IMG/VR virus record: IMGVR_UViG_3300033153_005557
Coordinates: 1 to 55,111 of that record
DNA from: a virus
Lineage: Duplodnaviria > Caudoviricetes
DNA length: 55,111 nucleotides
Reading direction: 5' to 3' (one strand)
Every line of letters begins with the position of its first letter. Within the stretch, counting starts at the first letter, position 1. Of the stretch, positions 1-8,136 are shown one piece after another. The translations under genes and the position numbers were made by a program. The notes under the pieces are model-generated. The model saw only the letters and a list, made by a program, of their open reading frames with translations, ran no database searches and was not told the DNA's origin.

Positions 1-114
1 AACTCCAACGCCTTTTGTATGTTTGCTACGGTTAGTTTCAATGATGTATCCCATTCGATATGGTCGAGCACCTGGTCTACTATCCACTGCTCTATACAAC
101 ACAACTCAAACCAT
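1..114. repeat. Direct terminal repeat, copy 1 (circular assembly overlap)
   Basis: Bases 1-114 are identical to 54998-55111. Confidence 0.97.
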
Positions 115-224
115 ATCTTATCGTCCAGAATCTTTCCGATGGACTTATATTCATAGCTTTCTGGCTTGCCCTTCTTGAATCCCACCGGTATTGGTAACTT
201 TAAATCATACAGATTTATCTTCAT
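1..224 (-). CDS. 5' part of hypothetical protein spanning the circular junction (continues to stop at 54916)
   Basis: ATG at 224 (MKINLYDLKLPIPVGFKKG...) runs in frame into the ORF-track protein CCIEQWIVDQVLDHIEW... at 54916..55101. Confidence 0.75.
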   Translation of the reverse strand, partial: MKINLYDLKLPIPVGFKKGKPESYEYKSIGKILDDKIWFELCCIEQWIVDQVLDHIEWDTSLKLTVANIQKALE

Positions 225-372
225 TGGCACTCTCTTTTTCAAAAGCGTCTAATTGTTTATTATACTTTTTGATGAAATAACGTAACTTCGCCAAGGTACA
301 TGTCTTAGTGCAATTAGCACATAAGTTTTCTACACCTTCTAAATCTTCTATAAACTGTTTAATTTGATGCAC
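205..372 (-). CDS. Small hypothetical protein (55 aa, CxxC)
   Basis: GTG start 6 nt after AGGAG. It fills the gap and overlaps the next gene start. Confidence 0.5.
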   Translation of the reverse strand: MHQIKQFIEDLEGVENLCANCTKTCTLAKLRYFIKKYNKQLDAFEKESANEDKSV

Positions 373-385
373 ATATTACTCCTTT

Positions 386-694
386 TTAGCCTATAAAAAC
401 AATTAAACATTGTATCATATGCAGCCCTTGATCAACCCAGAGATGCCACGACAGGAATTCTTTTGTGGATTTACATTTCCACTCATCTATCGTGTAATGA
501 AGCCCAATTAAAAATATCCATTTCCATAATGGTGTCGGTATACCAAGGTATTCAAGGGCAAAACAAATACAACCAGCCCATATTATTGAATGCCATAACA
601 TACACCACCAAATTTTTCCCTTATTCATGGCAAGAAACTCACCCTGTAGAGCTATGTCTCCTATAACATGAGCAAATATTAACCACAAAAACAT
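386..694 (-). CDS. DUF3307-like membrane protein
   Basis: AHxxGDxxLQ, H-rich hydrophobic helices, HYTID and VDQGLH motifs. Confidence 0.75.
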   Translation of the reverse strand: MFLWLIFAHVIGDIALQGEFLAMNKGKIWWCMLWHSIIWAGCICFALEYLGIPTPLWKWIFLIGLHYTIDEWKCKSTKEFLSWHLWVDQGLHMIQCLIVFIG

Positions 695-945
695 TTTGTT
701 TCTCCTTTCCGTTCCAGAATAACCGGAATATTAAGATAATTACCAAACGGCTTGTCACGCTTATAACCGCGTATGCGTTGTCTCCGTAGATACCGAAACG
801 CACGATTGTATATCTCTGCACCACCCAACGTAGGTGTTGATAGCTCTACGGTGGCAAAGAAACAGTCATCACACATACGGCTGTCCAAGTGTGAACAGCT
901 ATTACAATGAACTTCGATTTGGTCCCTCAAATCTATACTTGGCAT
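679..945 (-). CDS. Cys-rich hypothetical protein
   Basis: Two CxxC pairs and a GGGAG RBS. Confidence 0.6.
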   Translation of the reverse strand: MPSIDLRDQIEVHCNSCSHLDSRMCDDCFFATVELSTPTLGGAEIYNRAFRYLRRQRIRGYKRDKPFGNYLNIPVILERKGETKCFCG

Positions 946-997
946 AATAAGTCTCCCTATAAAACATTTCTTGATGTTACCCCCATGGCAGCTACTA

Positions 998-1804
998 TTA
1001 CCGCTGTTGTTTTGCTTTTAATGTTACTTCTATACGGCGGAGGTTTTCAATAAACTCCTGAAAATTCTCAAGGGTAAACGACGCTAACCGACAACTAAAT
1101 GCAAGCTCTACTAAATGTATAGAGTCTTCATAGCCTTTTATAGTACATCCCCCACTTGCTTTCATCTCAAACTCTTCCAGCGGTTCACTGAGTGCGGCGA
1201 TATCTCCTATAACACCCTTAAGATCGCCAATAACGGTGAATCCTGGATTTATCTTATCCCTAATTGCTACGATAGAAGCAAACTTGTTTTCTTGTAATGA
1301 ATACCACCATAATTCACCATTTTTATTCAGAACAACATAAAATTGTTCAAGATTATTCCATTTTACCAAACTTCCATGTTTCAAAGGTGACTTTGTTATT
1401 ACTTTATATTTACACATCTTTGCTTTTTCTTCCGCGATCTTACCCCCGATATACTTACATATATCGGCCTCGGCTTGTTGGAAAGCGGCAAAATTGGCGT
1501 TAGAGTGGTCATCTTGAAAATTGTTAAAAGTTCGCTGTACTGGTTCCCATGCACCTTCAGCACATTTTGGACCCGAACACCCTTTTGGAGCTAAAATACA
1601 TATATCTCCTGAATACATGTATTTAACACAACAAGCACAAAGAGTACCATAAATATGAAATTTATCATCTTTTATCGCTGTTACCAACTCTAACGCCGTT
1701 TCTACGTCACGGCCTTGTTTGTGATGCTCTAACGAGCACTGTAACGCGGGCAATAAACCTGCGGCTGCCGCCTGTTTAATTTCTTCTATTGTTAACCAAT
1801 TCAT
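998..1804 (-). CDS. Hypothetical protein with Cys-rich N-terminal domain (paralog of 4097..4786)
   Basis: Shares WLT..., SLxHHxQGRD, CACCVKY and CxYIxGKIAE with the 4097 ORF. Confidence 0.8.
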   Translation of the reverse strand: MNWLTIEEIKQAAAAGLLPALQCSLEHHKQGRDVETALELVTAIKDDKFHIYGTLCACCVKYMYSGDICILAPKGCSGPKCAEGAWEPVQRTFNNFQDDHSNANFAAFQQAEADICKYIGGKIAEEKAKMCKYKVITKSPLKHGSLVKWNNLEQFYVVLNKNGELWWYSLQENKFASIVAIRDKINPGFTVIGDLKGVIGDIAALSEPLEEFEMKASGGCTIKGYEDSIHLVELAFSCRLASFTLENFQEFIENLRRIEVTLKAKQQR

Positions 1805-1946
1805 TTGCTTGTCTCCGTATGTACATTAATGTTCTATCTTCCCCGTACAAGCCACACGCGGTCCGTACGGACGTTAAATTGTTATTTAGATTGTTTGGTG
1901 CCATAAATGATTATGACAGTTCTACGGTCGCCTATGGCTCCCTGTT

Positions 1947-1980
1947 AAAACAACGGCCACCGGGCTACCCCGATGACCGT
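1947..1980 (-). terminator. Putative intrinsic terminator
   Basis: Minus strand ACGGTCATCGGG-GTAG-CCCGGTGGCCGT followed by TGTTTT. Confidence 0.6.
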
Positions 1981-2088
1981 GTTTAGTTACGTTTAAGCTG
2001 GCTGTAAGACAAAATATGGCACGCAGAAACCAATTTATATGCCAGACACCACAGCGGTGCCCGGCTGAACTACGATAAATCTTTAATA

Positions 2089-2523
2089 CTATTCTTCGAT
2101 GAAGTCAAGCGCTTTACCGATTTCTTCCCATATCCACTCGTCACCATCTTCAGTTACCAGATAAGCCATACCCGCTTCTGGTGCATCGCTAAACCTATCA
2201 CGACATTCTTCATCGTTAAGTATTTGACGACTGTGGGGTAGGTTTTCACTGTTACGGAAATATGGCTGGTCTAAAGCACCGCTACCAAACCATGTTTCAC
2301 AGCCTTCTGTGTACTTCTTTAAGCCATGCATTGCATCCCAGACATAGATACTGTCATTATCGTCATCAGAATCTTGTGTTACGATATAACCAGCTTCTAT
2401 GGGGTTTTCGACAGTTTCATGGTTAATAGCAACAAAGGGTGTAGAAGTTTCTTCGGTTGCTGTCTTATTCCTCGTATTGAACGCAAAAGGGACGTACAAC
2501 AACCTCCACCTCCGACATATCAA
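2089..2523 (-). CDS. Acidic hypothetical protein (distant paralog of 52978..53322); start uncertain, possibly reached by frameshift
   Basis: Long ORF with no ATG/GTG before the conserved part. It overlaps the 3' end of the upstream gene in the +1 frame. Confidence 0.65.
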   Translation of the reverse strand: MICRRWRLLYVPFAFNTRNKTATEETSTPFVAINHETVENPIEAGYIVTQDSDDDNDSIYVWDAMHGLKKYTEGCETWFGSGALDQPYFRNSENLPHSRQILNDEECRDRFSDAPEAGMAYLVTEDGDEWIWEEIGKALDFIEE

Positions 2524-2701
2524 CAGTAGCGGGAATCTTGGCTAACTTCTGAGCCTGAACCCCGGCGTTCTTCTCATCATACGCCGCGATGATGCCAGAA
2601 CCGAGAATCTTCTTCTCGATTTTTTCAATCTGGCCGCTTTTTGCGTCCTTAACGTTGATGTTTTCTGTTACTGCATACTGAAAAATACTTTGTGTTTTCA
2701 C
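2465..2701 (-). CDS. Small phage protein with VEVVVRPF motif
   Basis: GTG start at 2701 with AGGAG RBS. Confidence 0.7.
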   Translation of the reverse strand: MKTQSIFQYAVTENINVKDAKSGQIEKIEKKILGSGIIAAYDEKNAGVQAQKLAKIPATVDMSEVEVVVRPFCVQYEE

Positions 2702-2907
2702 GGTAAATCTCCTGATAAACGTTACACTACACCGATGTACCACATAGCACACCGTCTTATACTACACCTACGCCCTCGGCTGTGTCTTACGGGTTAAAGC
2801 TAGCTTGACCCATAATACAACGAATACGCAGGTCATAAACATCCATGACACGGAAACACCATCCTGGCTAAAACATAACTGAGCTACGATAATGTTCCAA
2901 ATACTCA

Positions 2908-3156
2908 TTATAGAGCCTCCTTCATCGCTTTCATCCGCTGTCGCATACGTTCTTGCCAGCCGACAGTCTCTTCCATTTGCTCCATACGCTGTGGTAGAGC
3001 TCTCTGGTTAACCTTGTAGAGCTTTGGCTCCAACGACGCGATATTCTGCGTCTCATGGTTAACAATGTCTTTAGAGATGCCCATACGAGCATTCTCCCAA
3101 CAACCCGCCAGTAGCAATACACATACTACCAGCACCACCAATGATAAAATCTTCAT
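2908..3156 (-). CDS. Putative lipoprotein
   Basis: Hydrophobic N-terminus with lipobox LLAGC. Confidence 0.7.
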   Translation of the reverse strand: MKILSLVVLVVCVLLLAGCWENARMGISKDIVNHETQNIASLEPKLYKVNQRALPQRMEQMEETVGWQERMRQRMKAMKEAL

Positions 3157-3211
3157 TTCTCTTCCTTCCTACTAACATTCATTAGGGTGATACACCACAT
3201 AGTGTATCTCC

Positions 3212-3598
3212 TTATTTACCTATTGTGATAGACACGCTTGATTCCTGAGCGTGCTTAGACTTCGCTTCTTCTCCAAGAGCTTTGTTGAGTTCAAAAGCTT
3301 TATTAAGCTTTTCATGAGTTTTAACATCTTCTGAAACAACAAACTCCATTTTATACCCATTCGGATAATGTTTCTGGAAACCTTCATGTCTGTCGCTTCT
3401 TGTTCCTTTAAGTATACCAAGGTCTCCTGGCATAAAATGTTCACCTGAACAACAATGACTACCAAGGCCAGAGCCATCTTCAGCGAGTAATATGGCATAT
3501 AACATTCCAGCATTGCCTCCGTTATTAAAACCCATTATAACAGGTAGTTCTTCTTCCGGTATGTCTTTTGGATTAAATACTTCTACTTCTTTTCCCAT
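3212..3598 (-). CDS. Hypothetical phage protein
   Basis: ATG (MGKEV) with GGAG RBS. Contains GFNNGG...AEDG.GLGSHCCS...HYPNGY motifs. Confidence 0.75.
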   Translation of the reverse strand: MGKEVEVFNPKDIPEEELPVIMGFNNGGNAGMLYAILLAEDGSGLGSHCCSGEHFMPGDLGILKGTRSDRHEGFQKHYPNGYKMEFVVSEDVKTHEKLNKAFELNKALGEEAKSKHAQESSVSITIGK

Positions 3599-3658
3599 AA
3601 CGGTCTCCAGTACTACATTTAATATTACTGTGCCATACACCACAATGGTGTCCGGCTT

Positions 3659-4039
3659 TTACATTAACTTGTCAAGATACTCCAACAGGAACAGTCTTGG
3701 GGCGATCAGTATTTGAAGCCAACCATTGTATCCAAATATTGCTATTGAACTAAAACTAATTGTTACAAGCCAAGTGAGTACATTAACTGCCGGCCAATTG
3801 CAATCAGGCTTTTGCTTATCATAAGCGATAAGAGCCTCTTTGTAATATCGCAATACCAACCAAATAGTAGTCGGCACTGCTAACGTAAAGAGAAAACAGA
3901 TAAAACTTGTTACCCCTTTGTACCATAGTATTTCCTTAACTAACACCGGTGCTTCTGTCTGTAATGTCTCCAGTACAGCACCTAGTCCACCCTTTACCGT
4001 CTCCGGGTCGGGCAGATACTCTAACAATTTTTCATTCAT
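3659..4039 (-). CDS. Two-TM membrane protein
   Basis: Two hydrophobic segments, an IAPRLFLLEY terminal motif and a GGAG RBS. Confidence 0.7.
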   Translation of the reverse strand: MNEKLLEYLPDPETVKGGLGAVLETLQTEAPVLVKEILWYKGVTSFICFLFTLAVPTTIWLVLRYYKEALIAYDKQKPDCNWPAVNVLTWLVTISFSSIAIFGYNGWLQILIAPRLFLLEYLDKLM

Positions 4040-4096
4040 GATAAATCTCCGATAATATATTATCATTACGCCCCATATCACACGATATGATGGCTA

Positions 4097-4786
4097 TTAC
4101 TTCTTTTTACTACCCGCCATCGGACCAACTAGCTGTTTCTTCGCGTTGTCCCAATAACGGATAATAGGGTTTGGTATTCCAGCTATTTCAGTCATTTCGC
4201 TGTCAGTAATACGATGGTTGTCATGAACTTCGACCAAATTACCAAAACTAACACCGGATTCTAACACAATAAGATGAACATATTTATATGGTTGTGTTTC
4301 ACTTAATAATAGCTTGCGACCACTTCCTACTCTATGCTCGCCTATAACAAACCGATCACCGATAGAATACGTCTCTTCTACCATCTTTGCCGCTAGCTCC
4401 GCCGCTTCCACTTCCGCGATCTTACCCGCGATATACACGCATAGATCGTCTTCTGCGGTACGGAATGCCTTTAAATTGGTGTTTGAGAAGTCGGCAAGTA
4501 AGGCAGTAAAAGACAAATCAACCGCATTCCAATTATCCTCACAACAATTAGAACCACACCCACATCCGCTAAATGGGCACTGTTTTCTATCAGGATACGT
4601 ATATTTGACACAGCACGCACAATTTGGTGAGCATCGTGGGTCAAGCACATCAGTTCTTATTACTGCCATTAATTCTGATTTATCCGCATCTCTGCCCTGT
4701 TCGTGATGAAGCAACGAGTTTTTCATCGCGTCCAGCATAGTTCCCTTTGCTGCCTGTTCCACTTGTTTTAATGTTAACCAGTCCAT
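4097..4786 (-). CDS. Hypothetical protein with Cys-rich N-terminal domain (paralog of 998..1804)
   Basis: Shared N-terminal ~125 aa with the 998 ORF and an unrelated C-terminal half. Confidence 0.8.
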   Translation of the reverse strand: MDWLTLKQVEQAAKGTMLDAMKNSLLHHEQGRDADKSELMAVIRTDVLDPRCSPNCACCVKYTYPDRKQCPFSGCGCGSNCCEDNWNAVDLSFTALLADFSNTNLKAFRTAEDDLCVYIAGKIAEVEAAELAAKMVEETYSIGDRFVIGEHRVGSGRKLLLSETQPYKYVHLIVLESGVSFGNLVEVHDNHRITDSEMTEIAGIPNPIIRYWDNAKKQLVGPMAGSKKK

Positions 4787-4809
4787 TTTTGTCTCCAATT
4801 AAATATTAG

Positions 4810-5127
4810 TTAATTATTGGGGTTGTTTTTTTCTGACCAATGTTCTTTATTTTCTTTAAGTACAGACAATCTCGCTTTTTTGATTTCTGCCCAGGTAACT
4901 TTGGTTATTGTTCCATCTGGAAGTCTAACCAAATACCTATTAATTTCGATAAACCCGATTGTTTTTACAATAATACCCGTGATATTTTCTGTTGATATCT
5001 TATCTCCAAGTTTAGGTTTATCCTCTATGGCATCGTTACAACTACCAATTGTACCTATTGCGATGCAAAAAAATATTACAACAAGAACAAATATCTCTAT
5101 AGTGCCTTTTCTTTTTGTGTTAAACAT
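4810..5127 (-). CDS. Membrane-anchored hypothetical protein
   Basis: AAGGAG RBS, N-terminal hydrophobic helix and small beta domain. Confidence 0.65.
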   Translation of the reverse strand: MFNTKRKGTIEIFVLVVIFFCIAIGTIGSCNDAIEDKPKLGDKISTENITGIIVKTIGFIEINRYLVRLPDGTITKVTWAEIKKARLSVLKENKEHWSEKNNPNN

Positions 5128-5162
5128 AACTATCTCCTTAAAATACACTGTTAATATAAAAT

Positions 5163-5248
5163 GGACGGCCAGCACCCATAGGTACACCGACCGCCCGTTT
5201 GAAAACAAACGAGCGATTATTGCCACTGACAGGACAACAACCACTCGC
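5163..5248 (-). terminator. Two tandem G-U-rich hairpins, each followed by a T-rich tract
   Basis: 16-bp stem GCGAGTGGTTGTTGTC/GGCAATAATCGCTCGT and stem GGGCGGTCGGTGT/GTGCTGGCCGTCC. Full pairing is possible only on the minus-strand RNA. Confidence 0.6.
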
Positions 5249-5273
5249 ACACCAAGAATCTACTGTAATACAG

Positions 5274-5588
5274 CTATGTCACGATCTCAACCGCGGAATC
5301 GGCCTCTACGGACTCTAGGGCTGTTCTCATAGTTGCTTGTGCAGCCGTGAGTACTGCTATTGCTGCACCAACCTCACGAAGCCCGAACAGAGGTACGTTG
5401 ATATTCGTGTATTTCGTATCATCACGTTTACGATAGCCCTTCTGTAGCGTTGCACTGATACGTCCGTCATTGTTCCAGACCGTAGTCTGGATGTTGCCAC
5501 AATCACTGTGGCGACATTTTTTCAGTATTGTCCCACCCGCTGTAGGAACATTTACTGTCTTGTCGGCAACTTTCTTTGCGTCTGCCAT
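5274..5588 (-). CDS. Putative PC4/Whirly-like ssDNA-binding protein
   Basis: GNIQTTVWNN...SATLQKGYR pattern resembles a small family I recall from Planctomycetes. GGGAG RBS. Confidence 0.5.
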   Translation of the reverse strand: MADAKKVADKTVNVPTAGGTILKKCRHSDCGNIQTTVWNNDGRISATLQKGYRKRDDTKYTNINVPLFGLREVGAAIAVLTAAQATMRTALESVEADSAVEIVT

Positions 5589-5656
5589 TGTATGTCTCCC
5601 ATAAATGGAGTTAATATAAATACCGCTTCTACAACACAGCAGAAGAACGGTAAAAG

Positions 5657-5677
5657 AACATACTAAGAAAAGGTCGA
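5657..5677 (-). promoter_or_regulatory. Early promoter-like repeat, degenerate copy
   Basis: Minus strand TCGACCTTTTCTTAGTATGTT, matching the two exact copies. Confidence 0.55.
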
Positions 5678-5800
5678 AACGGAGGAGTAGAAGATAAGGT
5701 GGCAAAGCTACAGAAGCTTGTTTAAGCCGTTAAACCATTTACCCCACCCAATCAGCTATCTTGGTGCGTTCGGGCGTTACGCGGAGCGTGAGGGGGCTTG

Positions 5801-6004
5801 TTAGACCTCTACATCTTCAAAGCATACTGAATTATAATATACATCACCGATATAATACCGAGTATGCCATGAGTGAACTTCTGGAGTAACAGTATACACC
5901 TGGCCTTCTACCAGACCATCTCGTGTGTCTGTATATCTGTGGCCTCCGTATTTTAGCTGTGTGTCACTGTTATGTGACACTAGACGAACTTTTATTTGTT
6001 TCAT
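5801..6004 (-). CDS. Small hypothetical protein
   Basis: GGGAG RBS and ATGA coupling with the upstream micro-ORF. Confidence 0.7.
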   Translation of the reverse strand: MKQIKVRLVSHNSDTQLKYGGHRYTDTRDGLVEGQVYTVTPEVHSWHTRYYIGDVYYNSVCFEDVEV

Positions 6005-6279
6005 GATATCTCCCGGTTAACGTCAACCATACCTAATTCCCACTCTTTAACCGTACAAGCGTCTTGTGCCCGACGATACTCTCGTTTTTGCGTGGTTGTT
6101 TCCAATAACTCCGCGAACTGACGTGCACGCACACATTGTTCGTTCAGCTGTACCAATGTCTGTATCATTGTATTACTCCTTAAATTCTTTAAGTAACGCG
6201 TTAATAACGTTAAGTTCCGGTTTACCGGTAAACATTACACTGTCAACCCAAGTATTAAATTGGCATTTACGACGCTTTT

Positions 6280-6459
6280 TCATGATATCTCCCTTGTTAC
6301 GTTATTTATTGTAACATATCCATTTTCCAGTCCATAATAAAAGCTTGATAAATCATCTTGCATACCGTTATCTACCGCTTTCCGTATTGCTGCGTCTTTT
6401 GTTTCTGCTTCAATGACCCATACCGAGCCATCATCTGTGATGAATGCGTACTTGCTCAT
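6280..6459 (-). CDS. Small hypothetical protein (59 aa, MSKYAFITDDGSVWVIEAETKDAAIRKA...)
   Basis: GGGAG RBS. First gene after a promoter-like repeat. Confidence 0.65.
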   Translation of the reverse strand: MSKYAFITDDGSVWVIEAETKDAAIRKAVDNGMQDDLSSFYYGLENGYVTINNVTREIS

Positions 6460-6488
6460 GCTTATACTCCCTAAAACAGTATTAATAT

Positions 6489-6513
6489 TAACATCGTAAG
6501 AACAGGTCGAGGT
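6489..6513 (-). promoter_or_regulatory. Early promoter-like repeat (25 bp, exact match to 7580..7604)
   Basis: Minus strand ACCTCGACCTGTTCTTACGATGTTA, containing a TAnnAT hexamer upstream of an RBS. Confidence 0.65.
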
Positions 6514-6601
6514 AGTGCGATTGTGAAGGTGGCGTAGAGACGGCGTAACGGGCGGTAAAAGAGGTATACCACCATAATCGTTATATTATACACGATTGTC
6601 G

Positions 6602-6742
6602 TTATGAGAACGCGTATCGAACAAAACAAACCACTGGAACCCAAATGGGAATGGATAAGAATGCGAATACAATAGCTATAACAACAGCACCTATCATACA
6701 CAATAACCACCACCCAAGTATCGTAAACAACGTTTTAAACAT
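6602..6742 (-). CDS. Small hydrophobic membrane peptide
   Basis: GGAG RBS. MFKTLFTILGWWLLCMIGAVVIAIVFAFLSIPIWVPVV. Confidence 0.55.
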   Translation of the reverse strand: MFKTLFTILGWWLLCMIGAVVIAIVFAFLSIPIWVPVVCFVRYAFS

Positions 6743-6991
6743 AATAATCTCCAATCTGAACGGACAGCAATACCATTCCGCTCTATAACAGTAAGAACAT
6801 ACAGTACACCTAACAAGATATACTGATAAACAACTACATAACATCTCCAGTAGTTGTACGTTTGTACAAGTTAGCTCTAGATGAAAGGTAGTATATAGGC
6901 CTTTCTACGAGTTCCACTCAAGCCATTAAGGGCTCTCTAGGCTCTATACAGAGGGTTTTTAGGGGATTTCTCCCCTGTGACCCCTACGTCG

Positions 6992-7138
6992 CTATGCTCC
7001 CGATACTGCGTGTTCAGCGGCCTTCCGCTCGGCTTCTTTGTGGTGTTTACCCTCATAATGAGCGTTTCCACGGACCCTGAAACCGCACACACAACACCGT
7101 CTCTTACTCGTTCTTGGCAGTCTTCGTGATGCTTTCAT
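6992..7138 (-). CDS. 48-aa basic zinc-finger-like protein (CxxC...HxxGKHH)
   Basis: AGGAG RBS. MKASRRLPRTSKRRCCVCGFRVRGNAHYEGKHHKE... is below the ORF-track size cutoff. Confidence 0.65.
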   Translation of the reverse strand: MKASRRLPRTSKRRCCVCGFRVRGNAHYEGKHHKEAERKAAEHAVSGA

Positions 7139-7285
7139 AGTACTCTCCTAAAATAATTGACATAAGTCCAGTGTTTTCAGACGCCCATATCTCCAAAAAC
7201 CCCTCTGAGTGTCTGGAAATACGGGCGAATACAATTAAATGCGGTAAAATAAATATCAACGTAAATAAAGGACTTACGTGCGTTT

Positions 7286-7546
7286 TTACCGTGCTGTTTC
7301 AGCGTCAACAGGAGGCTCAGTCACCATATCACTGGGTATTTCAGCGTCCAGCTTGATCAATGCCAGCATTCTGTTGTCCTCGGCGATGCGTTGCTTCATA
7401 AGCTTGCGTTCCTTATGGCGTCCAGCAATGCCACTGACAGCCCCACCAAGCCACGAACAGCCACCACTGGCTGCATTCACTACCTTACGTGCGTTGAAGT
7501 CCAGCAACGCCGCTGTGATACACTGTGTGTCTATTGTAATCTTCAT
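7286..7546 (-). CDS. Hypothetical protein, likely first early gene
   Basis: AAGGAG RBS, directly downstream of a promoter-like repeat. Confidence 0.6.
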   Translation of the reverse strand: MKITIDTQCITAALLDFNARKVVNAASGGCSWLGGAVSGIAGRHKERKLMKQRIAEDNRMLALIKLDAEIPSDMVTEPPVDAETAR

Positions 7547-7579
7547 ACTATGCTCCTTAAAAGAGGTTAAAAAACAAAA

Positions 7580-7604
7580 TAACATCGTAAGAACAGGTCG
7601 AGGT
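7580..7604 (-). promoter_or_regulatory. Early promoter-like repeat (25 bp)
   Basis: Exact match to 6489..6513. Confidence 0.65.
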
Positions 7605-7836
7605 GGGGGAGTAAAGGCGGAGCCCCCCCCTTAAGGGCTTTAGCGTAACCTAAATCCATAAAGACCGGGGGTATCATGCCTGTATAAGAGTAATCCTCTC
7701 CTGCGGGCATAAGGTATAGGCCGTCTATATATATAAAAATCTGTATTTTTGAACTTCTCTAGAACAAGACACGTCTTATCGGTAAGGGATGTGTGTTGTT
7801 TACTGTGTATATGGGAGAACGGGTATGGCGGTCTGT

Positions 7837-7868
7837 AAGAAAAGCCCCGCAACATATTACTACGGGGC
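7837..7868 (-). terminator. Intrinsic terminator ending the late operon
   Basis: GCCCCGTAGTA-ATA-TGTTGCGGGGC followed by TTTTCTT. Confidence 0.75.
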
Positions 7869-7926
7869 CCGGAGCCGGTGAAAAGAGCCTTTATTGGTTG
7901 GTTTTTGTTCTTCTATGACCGGCTGT

Positions 7927-8115
7927 TTATTCTGTTGCTTTAGAAATCTCTATTTTCAACATTGGTCCGTTCATTTCGAGCCACGTCATTGTAGCCGCCT
8001 CGGCCTGTGACAGGTTTAGATCGTTAAATACCAGCTTACACCCCGACTTACAGGGGATAAAAGCCATTTGTGAGTTATTGAATTCTATTGTGATTTCTTC
8101 TTCTATTTCTGGCAT
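7927..8115 (-). CDS. Small hypothetical protein
   Basis: GAGGA RBS. Last gene of the late operon. Confidence 0.6.
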   Translation of the reverse strand: MPEIEEEITIEFNNSQMAFIPCKSGCKLVFNDLNLSQAEAATMTWLEMNGPMLKIEISKATE

Positions 8116-8136
8116 AATATTCCTCTTTCCTGTAGG

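Noticed and set aside
1-114. Terminal repeat as a biological DTR
   Set aside because: It lies inside a coding sequence that reads through the junction, so assembler overlap is the simpler explanation.
2065-2892. Canonical tRNA genes at the TAGCTCAG/TAGTTCAG motifs
   Set aside because: No TTCGA T-loop, cloverleaf or CCA at the expected distance.
2738-3204. Two small hairpins with the same CTATGTGG loop region, each containing ATG TGG of a tiny ORF
   Set aside because: Only a 9-nt match in two copies, which cannot be distinguished from chance.
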